DNA from: Monocercomonoides exilis PA203
Taxonomy: Eukaryota > Protista > Preaxostyla
Assembly (NCBI GenBank): GCA_001643675.2
Contig: LSRY02000001.1
Coordinates: 124,001 to 188,000 of the forward strand
DNA length: 64,000 nucleotides
Direction: 5' to 3'
Positions 10,328 to 23,379 of this stretch are shown in pieces (the stretch's first letter is position 1; each line of letters opens with the position of its first letter). Below the pieces are notes generated by a model. That model saw only the letters and a list, made by a program, of their open reading frames with translations, made no database searches and was not told the origin of the DNA. The position numbers were made by a program, and so were the translations under genes.

Positions 10328-13300
10328 ATGCAACACAAAGACATAAATGAAGATACTACGATTCAGACAATGATTAAAAATAATCAAAAACTCTTGGAAC
10401 AAATACAGACAAACGATTTTATTTGCGCTAAAATTTCTTCACTTCAAAATACTTTTCAAAAACAACTTATAAATGAATTTCAAGTTACTCATTTTAAACT
10501 TTCTAAAAAACGACAGCAATTGATTACAGCCAATTTACAATCGGAGGCAAGCTACCGCGTGGTATTAAATAACTTATTGGCGTCTTCTACCGTGGTTCTT
10601 CAAGAATGTTATTCTTTTTTTTCTTCTTTAACAAATTCAACTCGAATGACTGCAAACTTAAATGAATCGATTCCAGCTAAGCAATGCGAAAGCTTTGATC
10701 CATATATTTTAGTTGGAAATGATGCAATGTTTGGTTATTACTTCCGAATATTTGTGCATTTTCATCATAAACATCATAAAAGCATGATTAATTTAACGAA
10801 CGAATTAAATTCGTTTATTCCAGAATTCAAGGATTTGCATATAACCACGATTGAAGGTGTTTGGCCAAGGCTTTTCGATAGACTGATTTTTTCTTTGTTC
10901 AACTCAGATGAACAAAAATTGAATTCAAATTTATTGAACAATTATTACTCAAATATTAAATCTCATAAAGAAAATCCAAATGCAGTTAGAAGATTGACAG
11001 CTATTGAAAACAATTTTGGGGCACGGACAAATATTCGGCATTCAATTTCTGTCAGTACATTTTCAAACAATCAAAGTGATCATACAAATATTATGACAAA
11101 ATCACTTTGCAAGTTACAAGCAGAATCACAGAGTTCTCAATCTTTTTCTTCTGCCTCTTCTTCCCTTGCTTCGTCATCTTCTTCAAGTTTAACATCATTC
11201 TTTTTTCAGCCACCACCACCGCCATTATCATCATCGTCGTCATCATCATCATCATCAACCCCCTCTTCTCCCCGTATCCTTCTGTCCCGTTCCCCTTCTT
11301 CCCTCCACGAAACCCGTCAGAGCTGCTTCGCCCGCCTTGTGTCCTGCGTCCATCTGGCAGCGTGTGCAGGTGCTCCACAGACAGCATTTGACATGGGCTT
11401 CTGGATATCCCACCAGGATGAGGTGGTTGCCAGATGCTCTGCTATGCTGAGAGACACGTGCTATTTGATAGGCACAGCTATTGAAAGGTTCAAGGCAGAG
11501 GTGAAAGCGGACTTTTTGAGGATTCTAGTGAAGGAAAGGAACAGAAAGATGAAGGCGGAGAAGGAGAATGAGGTTGTGGGTGGAGAAAAGAACAGAGGAA
11601 ATGAAGAAGGAAAAAAGAATGTTGTTGAAGGAAATCAAAGAAAACGCAATGGTTCTTCAGCAACAACAATTTCTTCTTCTATCCCTTCTTCTATTTCTTC
11701 TTCCCCCTCTTTTCATGCGCCTCTTCCTCTTTCTTCATCGTTTTCTGCGCAAAAAGATGAAGCAAACGATTTAAAAATTAATGAAACAGGAAAAAGTCAT
11801 AAGAAGCAAGGCAACATAAATGAAGATAGTCAAAAGGAAGAAGAGAAAGAGAAAGAGAGAAAAGAAAAAGAAGAAAAAGAAAAAGACAAATTAAAAAATT
11901 GTCAATCAAAGAATGAACAACAAAATGAAAACGGAATTGAAAAGGATTGCGAATGCGAGAAAGAGAAAGAGAAAGAGATAGAAAGAAAGAAAGAAAAAGA
12001 GAAAATAACAGAAGCAGAAGAGGAAGAGGAAGAGTATGAAACAGAAGAATATGAAGAAGAATATGAAGATGAGGAAGAGAAAGAAGAAGAAAAAGCTGAA
12101 AACAATGAGAAAAAGGAAGAAAAAAATAGAAAAAAAGAGAAAACAAAAAAAGAAGAAGAAGAAGAGAAACAGAAATCTGATGAAAGCAATTTAAGTGACT
12201 CCTCTGTTGGAAAACTGAATACGCCAAACAATAACATTATGGATGAAGGAGAAAACAAGAAATCCAGTAATGCTTCAATAGCAGTTGACGCAACATTAGC
12301 TCCTCAGACATTATCTTCTTCATCTGTTGCTTCATCATCATCTTCTTCTTCCTCTTCTTCCTCTTCTTCCTCTTCTTCCTCTTCTTCCTCTTCTTCCTCT
12401 TCTTCCTCTTCTTCCTCTTCTTCCTCTTCTTCCTCTTCTTCCTCTTCTTCCTCTTCTTCCTCTTCTTCCTCTTCTTCCTCTTCTTCCTCTTCTTCCTCTT
12501 CTTCCTCTTCTTCCTCTTCTTCCTCTTCTTCCTCTTCTTCCTCTTCTTCCTCTTCTTCCTCTTCTTCCTCTTCTTCCTCTTCTTCCTCTTCTTCCTCTTC
12601 TTCCTCTTCTTCCTCTTCTTCCTCTTCTTCCTCTTCTTCCTCTTCTTCCTCTTCTTCCTCTTCTTCCTCTTCTTCCTCTTCTTCCTCTTCTTCCTCTTCT
12701 TCCTCTTCTTCCTCTTCCTCTTCCTCTTCCTCTTCTTCTGAATCAACCAACACACAAGAAGTATCCAAGCCATTCATTCCATCTGCCTCTCTTTCTCTCA
12801 TCCACACCCCTCAGCGCAACAAAAGAAGAAGACAACAAAATTCTTCTTTTGCTTCTTCTTCCCTTTCTTCTTCCCTTTCTTCCTCTTCTTCTTCCTCCTC
12901 CTCAAAATCCAACAAATCTTCCTTCTCTTCTTCCTCTTCCTCTTCCTCTCCATTCACACACAAATCAGACACGGATTCTCTCTCTCTCCATTCTCTCACT
13001 CAGAAAATCATCTTTTTCACTCAAAATGTCTCTCGTGCCCTTTCTGAACACATCACAAACGCACAAGAATACTCACAGCTCTTCTCATTCAGCCAAAATC
13101 CTTCTTCTTCTTCTTTCTCTTCTTCTTCTTCTTCTTCCTTCTCTTCTTTTCCTTCTCTTTCCTGGCAGAAGCTCCTCCAGCTGCACAAATCTCCTTCTTC
13201 TGAAGGAAATGCTCTTTTTCCTGCTGTTTTGCTTCTTCTTCAGTTTGCTCTTCTTCCTTCTCTTCTGTCTGCTTCTACACTTTCGTGGCGGCTGCCTGAA

Positions 13301-13948
13301 GAGAAACAGGGGAAGGTTGCAATGGATGGAGGGAATGGAGTTAAGGGAGTTAATGGAGAGAATGAGGAAGAGAGAGAAGATAAAGAAGATAAAGAAGATG
13401 AAATGAATAAGATGAATAAAGGAAGCAACGAATGTAAAGTTCATGGAGAAGATAGAGAAGATGAAAAAGATAGAGAAAATAGCGAAGAAATAGAAGATGC
13501 ATCCAAAGGAATCAGCAGAATTCGCAAGATAAATGGCATTTTCCAGAGTGTGAGTGGGAAGGACACGATATACACAGCACAGACAAGATGGATGAGGCTG
13601 TTGTCTTTGAGGGATTTGGGTGTGGATGAAGAGTATATTCCAGAGGGGCATATGGAAAGGGTGGAGAGGAAGAAGAGAGAGAAGAGAGAGAAAGGGGAGA
13701 AAGTGAGGTTGTTTGAGAGCTTGTTTGATGTGAGGTGTGTGGAGGAGGGGGAAGAAGGGGGAGGAGTAAGGAGGAAAGAAGGAGAAATGGAAGAAGAAAA
13801 AGAAAAAGATGGGATGAAGAATGAAAATGAAACGAATTTATCTGAAGAAAATGGAACATCCAAAGGCAATTTTCCGACAACAACAAATTTAACTCCATCT
13901 TCCTCTTCCTCTTCTTCTTCCTCTTCTTCTTCCTCTTCTTCTTCCTCT

Positions 13949-13989
<41 letters not shown>

Positions 13990-16900
13990 CTCTTCTTCCA
14001 TTAGTCTTCTCCCCCTCCAAAGATGGAGAGATGTTGATTATTCAGATGCTATTTCCTGTTTTGATGAAATTGTTCTGTCTTCTTCTCCCTTTGAGCAATT
14101 GCAGCTGATTGTGAAGGGATGCAATGGAGTGATGGCTGCTGCATCAGATGTTTGGATGAGGAAGATGAAGAAGATGAAGAAGGAGAAGAAGAAGAAAGAA
14201 GAAGAGAAAGAGGAGAAAGAAGAAAAGGAAAAGGAGAAAGTTGATGAAAATGAAAAAATTGAGGATGAAGAGAAGAAAATGAATCGCATAAATTCTGAAA
14301 GGGAAGAAAACAAAGATATCAAACAAGATAATTTTTCTTCATCAGAAGAAGAAGAAGACAATTGCAATAAAACGTCAGATGAAACAAATAAAGATACTTA
14401 TTTTGATCCAAAAGAGCAAACTTCATCTGCATCTTCATCTTCTCCTTCTTCTTCTTCCTCTTTCTCTTCTTCCTCGCAATCATCATCATCATCATTTTCT
14501 CCACCATCAAAGCTAATCCTTCCTCATTTGTATCTTCCTTCTCTTCCACAAACACCTCCTTCTCCTCTTCATTCGCCTGATGCCATCAACAACTCCTCTG
14601 AAAAAGACAATAAACTTCTGAATTATTCAGAATATTCACAACAAACAGAGAAATCTGAACAATTTGAACAATTAGAACATTCGATTCATTCGATTCATTC
14701 ACCCACATCATCTTCTGATCATATCGCTATCTCTTCTTCTGAAATAGATGCTTCTATTGATTCTTCTTCTAACACTTCATTATCATCGTCGTCATCATCA
14801 TCTTCTTCTTCTTCTTCCTTTTCCTCTTCTTCTTCCATTTCAACACCTCCTTCTCCATCAACATCTTCACTTGCTTCTTCTTCTTCTTCTTCTTCTTCCA
14901 CTTCTTCTTCTTCTTCAATCTCATTCATTCCACCTGCTGCTGCCTCTCCTTTTCTCGAAGATCCTTCTTCATTCACATTGCTCACCCCTCCATCTACACC
15001 CCCTGGACATACAAAAGAAGAAGGAAAAGGAAAAGAAGGAAAAGAAGAAAAAGAAGAGGGAGAAGAGGGAGAAGAAGGAGGAGGAAGAGGAGGTTTAAAA
15101 GAAGAAGAACAATTAGAACACAATGAAATAACAATGAAATCAGAGAAATTCGAACAAATGGAACAAACAGAACAATCAGAACAATCAGAAGATGCTGATG
15201 ATAATTCCAATAATTCTTCAATTCCACAAAACCCTCCAAAAAAGATAGCACCTCAGCCTCCTGCTCCTCTTTCTCCTTCTTCGGATGATTTCTTTTGGTT
15301 GGATGTGACTTCATCATCAACATCTTCTTCTTCTTCTTCTTCTTTCTCATCATCATCATTATCTCCAGAGAAGATGCAAGAACAGAACGAAAGAAGAAGA
15401 ATAAAAAAAGGAAGCGGAAGAGATGGCAGTGAAATGGATTGTTTTAAGTCAAAAGCAGAAGAAGAATCGCTTGTAACAGCCGACAACTTCCTCCCTCTTC
15501 TCATTTATGTTCTTTCTCAGTCGCTTTTAAGCAATCCTTTTCATCTTCTGTTTTTGATCAACAATTTTGTGCCGAGGCAGCAGCGGAGTGGGAAAGCAGA
15601 ATATTTTCTTGTGTCATTCACAAGTGCTGTGCAATATATCCTGAATGCAACACCAGAGGAGATGGCGACGCATATGAAGGAGGGAGAGGAAGAGAAAGAG
15701 AAGGAGAAGGAGAAGAAGAGGGGAGGGAAGGAAGGAAAAGGAGAAGAAAGAGAAAGAGATGGAGGAGAAGTTAAGAAAAAAGAGAACAATGTTTCTGATG
15801 TTGAGAAATGTGAGCAGAATGATGAAGGAAGGACAATTGTGAGTGAATCGCAAACACATTCAGCCCATTCACAGGAAATTCAAACAACAAACTCTTCGGT
15901 TGATGCATCACAATCGTCCACTCCTTCATCATCCTCTTCTCCTTCATTATCATCTTCTTCTCCTGCATCCTTCTCCTCTAAGCGCTCCTTCCTCTCCTTC
16001 TTTGTCCCTCTCCAAAGAAGATGTCTGTCTGATGCTCAGCGCAGTGTCTCTTCGTGTGTGTTGATGGCGCCTTCGAAGGAAGTCTGCCATTTTGCTCATC
16101 TTTCCTGTGCTCATTCTGTTCTCTGCCCTGTTTCAGAGGTGGATGATGTGGAAGAAGAAGGAAGAGAAGGAGAAGGAAGAGAAGGAGGAAACGATGAGAA
16201 TGAAGAAGAGAAAGAGGAGAAAGAGAATAAAAATAAAGAAAACAATGTTACAACACTAAGAAACAATAAAATATTCGGAAAATCCAAAAGAATCAATGAC
16301 ACCCCCTTCCTCCCTCTTGCTCGCCCAACCCCTCCTCTTCCACTGTCAACACCTCCAATGCGCTCTTCTTCCATTTCTTTGGATTCTGTTGGCTCTCATC
16401 ACATCAGAGATTCCAGGTTGATACCTCAACATCCTCCTCTTTCTGCTTCATTTGCAAATTATTCCTCCTCCTCCTCCTCTCCTCCTCCTCCTTCTTGTTC
16501 TTCTTCTTCCACTTCTTCTTTTTCTTATGCCTCTGCTTCTATTTCTTCTTCTTCTTCTTCTTCTTCTTCTTCTTCTTCTTCTTCTTCTTCTTCACCTTCT
16601 TCACCTTCTCATTCTCGTTCTCGTTCGCCTTCTTCTCTTCATTTATCTGCTAAACAAGCACCGCCCACCCCTCCTCCATCCAGAGAGGATGAGCTGCTTC
16701 ACAATGGAACTGCTGTTCAACCTGTCACTTTGACAAAAGATAATCAGAATGAAGATGGAAATAGTAATCTTGCTGTAAATAGTGGGTGTTGTACCTCTTC
16801 TTCGTCTTCTTCGCCTCCTCCTCCTCCTTCTTCAACATCCCCTTCTCCATCTCTTTCTCTTTCTCCTTCATCTTCCTCTTCCTCCTCGCCGTCATCGTTA

Positions 16901-17461
16901 TCGTCACCATCATTATCATTATTACCACCACTCCCACCAATCCAAAGATTCACATCCGACAGTAATAATAATACCAATGATGATGGCCATTCAATTTCTT
17001 CTTATTCTTCCTCTTCTTCCTCCTCTTCCTCTGATGGCTCATCCCTTTTCTCTGCTGCCTCAGCCACTGCCTCTGCCATCCCGTCTGAGCTGCTCCTTCT
17101 GAAAAGAGGCAGATCAGCTTCTCATCCATCCAGTTCTGATAGGCATGCTGCTATCATTTCTGCTGCTTCTGCTTCTTCTGCTTCTGGTGTGTCTGTGAGC
17201 GGATCTGATAGTGAATTGCAATCTGCAAATAATTCTTCTTCTTCCTCATCTTCTTCTGCTTCTGTGTATTTGAACAAAACATGTTCCAGAACGAATGAAG
17301 ATGGATTCAAAACCAATACCTCTTATGCAAATAGTTATTTCAGCAATCAAAGTGATTATGCAAAGCGTTATTCAAGAAAACTTGTTAGTCAAAGAGATCC
17401 GATTGATTATTCAGAAATGTATAGCAATATTTCGTTTTTATTGGTGGATAACGAAAAGTGA
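10328..17461 (+). CDS. VPS9-domain Rab5-family GEF with very large low-complexity insertions
   Basis: VPS9 motifs DYSDAISCFDEI..SSPFEQLQLIVK and ADNFLPLLIYVL...FLINNF....SGKAEYFLVSFTSAVQYI lie in a 2378-aa open frame. Confidence 0.85.
12341..12739 (+). repeat. (TCTTCTTCC)n coding microsatellite, about 40 copies, part of a ~135-residue poly-Ser
   Basis: Directly visible perfect 9-nt tandem array. Confidence 0.97.
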
Positions 17462-18527
17462 AAGTTTTTGTTTGTTTATTTTGTTTGTTTGTTTGTTTTT
17501 GAATGTCTTTTCTTGTGTTGAATAATTCTTTTTCTTTCTTTATGAGTTAGTTTTTGTATCTATTGGTTTATATGAACCAGATTTGGTGAGATTAGCAAAT
17601 TGTTTTTTCATACTTATTTATTTTTTTGTTTGTTTGTTTATTCTTTTCGAAGGATTTGATGTGTTGTATGGTTGTTTAGAAATTGCTTTGTGTTTAAAAA
17701 ATTATGTTTTGCATTGCTAAAGTGTGTTATTTCATCTCTAAAAAATTCTGTCAAAGGTGAAAAACATCAAAAAAATCAATTTTTTGAGGAGAACCTCAAC
17801 ATTTTTGTATATTTTTTTCAGTAAATCATGAGTGCATTGAACTCAGTGCATTTTTATACAAGAATCAATGCTTCATCCAGTAGCCAGTGTAGAAAGAAAA
17901 TAAACAACAATATTGCCTGAAGATGGATTGAATGTGTTTTTTTTATGTTTCACATTCATAAATTTGTTATTTTCTGTCAATTCCAGTTTTCAACAATTTA
18001 TTCTGCAAATAAAAATTATTGTTGAAAATTGAAAGAAATAGTTTGTTTATATTTAAAAACTGAATTTAATGGTTCAAAGGCATCGTGAGAAATTAAAAAT
18101 CTGCTGATAAATAAAGCAATTTCAAGAAAAAGATTGCCCACTTAAATCAAATAATTCAATATATTTCTATGTAGAATTATAATTACATCTTCTATGTTAA
18201 AGAGCATAACTTCAACGATTTTGAAATAGCTGAGGTTAAAAGCCAATTATCTCAACCAGATACACCAAAACTTTCTAAATCTTGAAATTTTAATATACAA
18301 AAAGAAAAAGAAATGTGAAAAACAGATTTAAGATTTACCGTGTATATCCATACAAAGCAATACAAAGTTTTTGGAAATACAGTTTCTAGAAAAAGAATAA
18401 TCCTATATAAAAGAAAGAACATAATCATGTTGTAAAAATAGCTCCAACCAAGCACAAGTACAATATACCTCAAAATAAATAAAAACACAAGTGCTTGTGT
18501 TGACTAACGTTCTCTGGTGTATTCTAT

Positions 18528-21500
18528 TTAATTTTCTTTGGTTTCGAGCACAATTGGCGACACATTGTATCCGTCAACAACGACCACAAACGAATCCCTA
18601 TGAAGCCATTTGCTATCGAATTCAACTGACACTGTCTTTGATGTCTGAGGCATCAGACCAAACCAATTATCGCTGAAATACACAGGAAGCACTCGAGAAG
18701 TCAATGGCACAGAAGTTGAAGAAGAAGAAGATGATGATGATGGCACTCTGTACAATTGCAAATGCACCAAAAGCGCTGGATCAGGTGATGTGTTGATGAG
18801 TGTAACAGAAAAGCGTCGAATGCTGCTTTGAGATGCAGAATCGGGCAATGAACTTGGTGTTGCAGACCAAAATGACAGCAGCGATGGTGCTGGCGTCTCT
18901 TCAACTCCTGAAATGCCTGCTGCAATCGTGGCATTCTTCAACCCAGAAAAGTCCATAAACGAGCGACTCCCTCCGACTTTGTCCCAATAAAAGTTGTCTG
19001 AAATCACTTCCACCTCCTCTCCCTTCACCTGACTTGCTCTTGTGCTCACAAAGAAGATCCCTTCCTGAGGCGCCGAAAAGGCAAATGGCGGTGGAGAAAC
19101 CATCGTATTTTCGCTCATCGTCATCTCTCCTTCAAAGCTGTTCAGCTTCTTCCCATGGAGATCGTGCACCCACACTTCAATCTTCACATTCTCCCATCTT
19201 TTCCACGCGTTGTTCACAACAGAAATGTTCTTGCTGTCGATGTTGTACACAACACTGAACGGCTGGTTGCCCTTCTTGCACCCAAAATACCCTGCATTCG
19301 TGTCGAAGAAGAAATCGTACGTCTGCCACACCATCGAAGGCCAGCACGACTGGCTCATCCACATCAGCAGCCCTCGGCTTTCCCGCAATGTGGATCCTTC
19401 AAACATCGCCTTATGGTTCTCATAGTTCACAAACTGCGACCGCCAAACAAACTCCTCAAACGGATTCGCTGCAAATGATGCTGAGCAAATCAATGACGAG
19501 GTGTTTGAATCGTTTGAGTTTGTAGATGAAGAACCCGCACAAGCAGCTTCACTTGCAGCCTCTTTATTAAAGACTCTATCATTGCCAAAAAGCGTTGCTT
19601 CGCTCAGGAACCTTCTTCCATTCTGTGCAGAACCCAAAGCAAAGTCATGAAGCCCCCACAGCTCGCCCCTCGGCCACAGCCGATGTGCTGGCAGCATTTC
19701 TCTGATGGAGCGCGCACTCGGAACATTCGGCATCCCCATCTCTGTGTGGAACGTCTTCGAATTAGACCGATAGTAATAGGCTGGCCCTTGCACCGAATAT
19801 GGCCCGTTCCCTGTCAGCGCAACTCCCTCTGTCATTCCAGTCGAAGAGCCCACAAACAATCTGCTCCCATCCAGTTCTGTTGTTGCCTGCTTCAGCGGTT
19901 GATACAGCGATGCAGGTGGCGATCCTTCGTTCCTGCCGCAGTACACACACAGCGATGGGTGCTTCCGCGCCCACCTCACCTTGTCTCTTGCATTTCTCAT
20001 GAACATCTCAGGATCATCTGGTTCTGGCCCGTCCCACGGGTTTGCCAACCAGAAGTCATCAAATACCAATATTCCATTCCTGTCACACGCCGAATAGAAC
20101 TCTTCGTCTCCTGTCATCCCAACCCAATTCCGAATCATCGTGAAGTGCGCCTCTTTGTGCAGCCGCACACGTATCTCGTAGTCTTCTGCTGTTCGGCAGC
20201 GCATCATCGACTCGTCCATCCCCCAGTTTCCGCCCGAGCAAAAAATCGGCTTGCCGTTTATTATCACCGTCAATATTCCGTTTTTCGGGAAATACAAGTC
20301 CCTCACTCCAACGTCGAATGAATAAAAATCACTCAACAGTTTCGTGAGCTTGTCACCATCATTCGTGCTGTTGGAAGATGACTGCTCATTCAGCATCATT
20401 TTCCCTTTCGCTGCCTCTTCGGTGATTGTATCAACAATTTCTTTCGCTTCCACATGGCACTTGTAAAGGTGCTGCTCGCCATAGCGATTCGGCCACCACA
20501 ACTTTGGGTTGTCCAGTGTGGCATTGATCTCCACTGTCTTTGTCTCCTGTGCACTCAGCTCCAAAGTCTGTACAAACTCAACATCTGTTCCTTCGAGTGT
20601 TGCTCTGACCTCCACCTTCTTGGATTCCGCTGGCTGCATCTGCTTCGAAACTGAAACGTCGTTCTGCTCACTTTTGCTCCTGTCTCCTTCTTCTCCGCCG
20701 ACTGCATTCATCACCTCACACCGAAATGTCAGCTGTGCCTGCTTCGAGTTTCCCACGCTCCTCACATGTGTCTCCACCCACGGGTCTCGCACCACCACAT
20801 CGCCTGTAAACGTCAGGTACACATCGTTGTATATCCCTGTGTTCCGCCCCCTCACTGTCATCACCCAGTCCCATCCCACACTCGCGTGAATCGTCGGGTT
20901 GTCTTTCCCCAGAACTCCTCCGTTGTGCCCTGCATAGCTTTCTGTTTTCGTGTCAACTTCTCCAGGGTTGTTGCATCGATGGATAAACACAGCAATGTGA
21001 TTCAGTTCTTTCTGCGATGCATTTGAAGATGACCCAGACAGCCCATCAGCGCCATTCTCTGCAGCCTTCTCTGGCTTGTATTTGATCAGGTTTGTAATAT
21101 CATACTTCCCTCGAATGAACGCTCCTTCAATCCTTTTTGACAGAAGCACCCCATTCACCCAAATGTCTGCCTTCCAGTTGATCCCGTCGAAGTTCAGCCA
21201 GCACCGCTTCCCTCTCATCTTCTCGCTCACATCAAACCCACTGCAATACCAAAAGTCTGTCGTGAAGAACCAATCAGAGATTTGCAGCTGCTGATCCCCA
21301 AAGTTCGGATCAGGTATCGCCCCCACGTTCAAATAAGACACAAGCACTGTTCCAGGCACTGTGGCAATCACCCATCCATCTTCCATTCGATCCGCTTTGT
21401 CCGCTTCTTCCTTTGCTTGTTCGGTATTTCTTCCAGCCGTGCCCCCAGATTGTTCTCTTTCTATTATGTCTTCATCAAACTCTTTCCCAAGCGACAATTC

Positions 21501-22655
21501 ACTTCCCTTTCCCTCCACTTCTGATGCCCTCTTCACTTTCCAGCTTCCCCCACTCAAGTCTTGCCGCATCCGTTTTTCGTCAAACGGCGGACGAGGGCTT
21601 GGCTTCACAACCAGATCGTTGCTCCCAATCACTTCGATCTGTGCAACTCTGATCGCGGAAAACCTCGATGGAGCATCAAGAGGCGATGAGAGAGGCTTTG
21701 CAACTGCACCTCGAACGAGCAACTTCATCAGCCTGCAAAAAATGCCATCCTTCAATTTGATTGTGTGCACTGTTCCTTTGCTTCCACCGCTTCGCTCCTC
21801 ATACACACTCGCAAACGCTGCCTTTCCGTTTTGCAATTCGCTTGTGCTCCCGTTGCTCACAAGGATGTCGTATTCGTGGCCGATGCTGTCCAGCCCCCAC
21901 GAAATCACCACAGTGCTCAATGAGCTCAGCGCCCCAAAATCAATCACCACCCACTCGTTGTTGGTTGTCCGCGCCTCCCAATACTTGTCTCTAACTTTCG
22001 CCCTGTTGCTCGCTGGCCGATGAAGAATCGACTTTCCGTCAGCGTCAAGCAGATCAAACTCCGCCAGTTCAAGCATCCCCCCATACATCCCTTCTGTGTT
22101 CCCGTTGTTTTTTGTGATGTTGAGTCTGTATGTCGCGAAGCGTATTTCTTGATCGATTTGGAAATGCGAAGCTTCTGTGACGTTTTCCTCAAACATGAAG
22201 TTTGCAACATCGCTCAGGATAGCCCACGTTCGATTGTCGTTCGATCCCAACAGCGTCCACGACTTCGGGTTTCTGCTCGACGCATAAGTCCCAGGCCGGA
22301 TTGTGTATGAAGACGCTGGCTTCGCTGACGATGGAACAGTCACATCCACCCATGTCTGCGGGTGGATGCAAATGAATGTTTGATTGCGGTTCCTGTTCAG
22401 CAGCGTTCGCACCGAATGAGTGCGCGGCTGATCGAGCCATTGAGACGAGACGCTGATTGTGTTGTTGGGCTTCAAAGTCGAAATTAGTCCGTTTGTCGTC
22501 AGATGGCCTGTTTTGTGAACATCAATCGAGCTTGAATGATACGCAGCTCGAAGGAGCGCAATATTTCTCACCTCAGAAGCAACATTTTCATTGTGGAAAA
22601 CATCAGAATGTAAAAATGATGCAAGAATCAAAATGAGCAAGTAAATTCTAATCAT
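18528..22655 (-). CDS. Secreted glycoside hydrolase family 2 (beta-mannosidase / exo-beta-glucosaminidase-like) with N-terminal F5/8-type C (CBM32-like) modules
   Basis: Signal peptide, FDGINWKADIWVNG, GWDW...RGRNTGI, LWWPNRYGEQHLY, GGNWG, IRNWVG, HPSLCVYCGRNE (acid/base) and HTEMG (nucleophile). Intronless. Confidence 0.92.
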   Translation of the reverse strand: MIRIYLLILILASFLHSDVFHNENVASEVRNIALLRAAYHSSSIDVHKTGHLTTNGLISTLKPNNTISVSSQWLDQPRTHSVRTLLNRNRNQTFICIHPQTWVDVTVPSSAKPASSYTIRPGTYASSRNPKSWTLLGSNDNRTWAILSDVANFMFEENVTEASHFQIDQEIRFATYRLNITKNNGNTEGMYGGMLELAEFDLLDADGKSILHRPASNRAKVRDKYWEARTTNNEWVVIDFGALSSLSTVVISWGLDSIGHEYDILVSNGSTSELQNGKAAFASVYEERSGGSKGTVHTIKLKDGIFCRLMKLLVRGAVAKPLSSPLDAPSRFSAIRVAQIEVIGSNDLVVKPSPRPPFDEKRMRQDLSGGSWKVKRASEVEGKGSELSLGKEFDEDIIEREQSGGTAGRNTEQAKEEADKADRMEDGWVIATVPGTVLVSYLNVGAIPDPNFGDQQLQISDWFFTTDFWYCSGFDVSEKMRGKRCWLNFDGINWKADIWVNGVLLSKRIEGAFIRGKYDITNLIKYKPEKAAENGADGLSGSSSNASQKELNHIAVFIHRCNNPGEVDTKTESYAGHNGGVLGKDNPTIHASVGWDWVMTVRGRNTGIYNDVYLTFTGDVVVRDPWVETHVRSVGNSKQAQLTFRCEVMNAVGGEEGDRSKSEQNDVSVSKQMQPAESKKVEVRATLEGTDVEFVQTLELSAQETKTVEINATLDNPKLWWPNRYGEQHLYKCHVEAKEIVDTITEEAAKGKMMLNEQSSSNSTNDGDKLTKLLSDFYSFDVGVRDLYFPKNGILTVIINGKPIFCSGGNWGMDESMMRCRTAEDYEIRVRLHKEAHFTMIRNWVGMTGDEEFYSACDRNGILVFDDFWLANPWDGPEPDDPEMFMRNARDKVRWARKHPSLCVYCGRNEGSPPASLYQPLKQATTELDGSRLFVGSSTGMTEGVALTGNGPYSVQGPAYYYRSNSKTFHTEMGMPNVPSARSIREMLPAHRLWPRGELWGLHDFALGSAQNGRRFLSEATLFGNDRVFNKEAASEAACAGSSSTNSNDSNTSSLICSASFAANPFEEFVWRSQFVNYENHKAMFEGSTLRESRGLLMWMSQSCWPSMVWQTYDFFFDTNAGYFGCKKGNQPFSVVYNIDSKNISVVNNAWKRWENVKIEVWVHDLHGKKLNSFEGEMTMSENTMVSPPPFAFSAPQEGIFFVSTRASQVKGEEVEVISDNFYWDKVGGSRSFMDFSGLKNATIAAGISGVEETPAPSLLSFWSATPSSLPDSASQSSIRRFSVTLINTSPDPALLVHLQLYRVPSSSSSSSSTSVPLTSRVLPVYFSDNWFGLMPQTSKTVSVEFDSKWLHRDSFVVVVDGYNVSPIVLETKEN

Positions 22656-22903
22656 TTATTTGAATAAATTATTTACAGAAATGGAATTGGATCTGACTTC
22701 TGTACTAAAGCTTAAAAATTTATCTAAAAATGAAAAAATATTATTGATTCTTCCTTGATCAGAATTACCTAAATTCATTGCTGAAAGTTCAAGATAACTA
22801 TTTTTTTTAATATTTGATTATAAATAAACAACAAACAATAATATTGTGTGAGTGCAATTAGACCTGAGCGACACGACAAGCGAATTTTTGTTGCTGTCGG
22901 TCA

Positions 22904-22905
<2 letters not shown>

Positions 22906-22968
<63 letters not shown>
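22906..22968 (+). repeat. A63 homopolymer inside the left end of the transposon
   Basis: Directly visible. Confidence 0.97.
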
Positions 22969-22970
<2 letters not shown>

Positions 22971-23379
22971 ACAACACTTCCTCTGTTTAATAAATTAATA
23001 AATTCGTAGTGTTTTTTTAAATAATTAATTTTAAATTTTATTTTAGTTTTAATTGAATCGAACATTTGATCTGGAAATCCATTTTTTTATTCATGGATTA
23101 ATGAAACAAAAATTTTTTGAAATTCATCGTTTATCATTTCAGTGCAAAAATGAATAGGACTAACACTAATATTTTCATGAACAATTTGAATTGCAATTTC
23201 AAGATAATTCATTCCATCCGAGCTTTTGAAAGTTCTATTTAAAATAGAGAAATTGTGTGATTTTCTTGTATAAATTCATTCAAAAAAATATAGATTTCAT
23301 CTTGTCCATAAGAGTTAGAGGTTTGCTATCATTGTTGCATTTGAATTTATGATGACTGTATTTATTTCTGTTCTTTGCC

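Noticed and set aside
12237-13406. Poly-Glu, (KKR)n and (LLP)n ORFs
   Set aside because: They are shadow frames of the TCTTCTTCC array inside the VPS9 gene.
22906-22968. A63 as a LINE/SINE tail
   Set aside because: Only 47 bp separate it from the TIR start, and there is no RT ORF or separate TSD.
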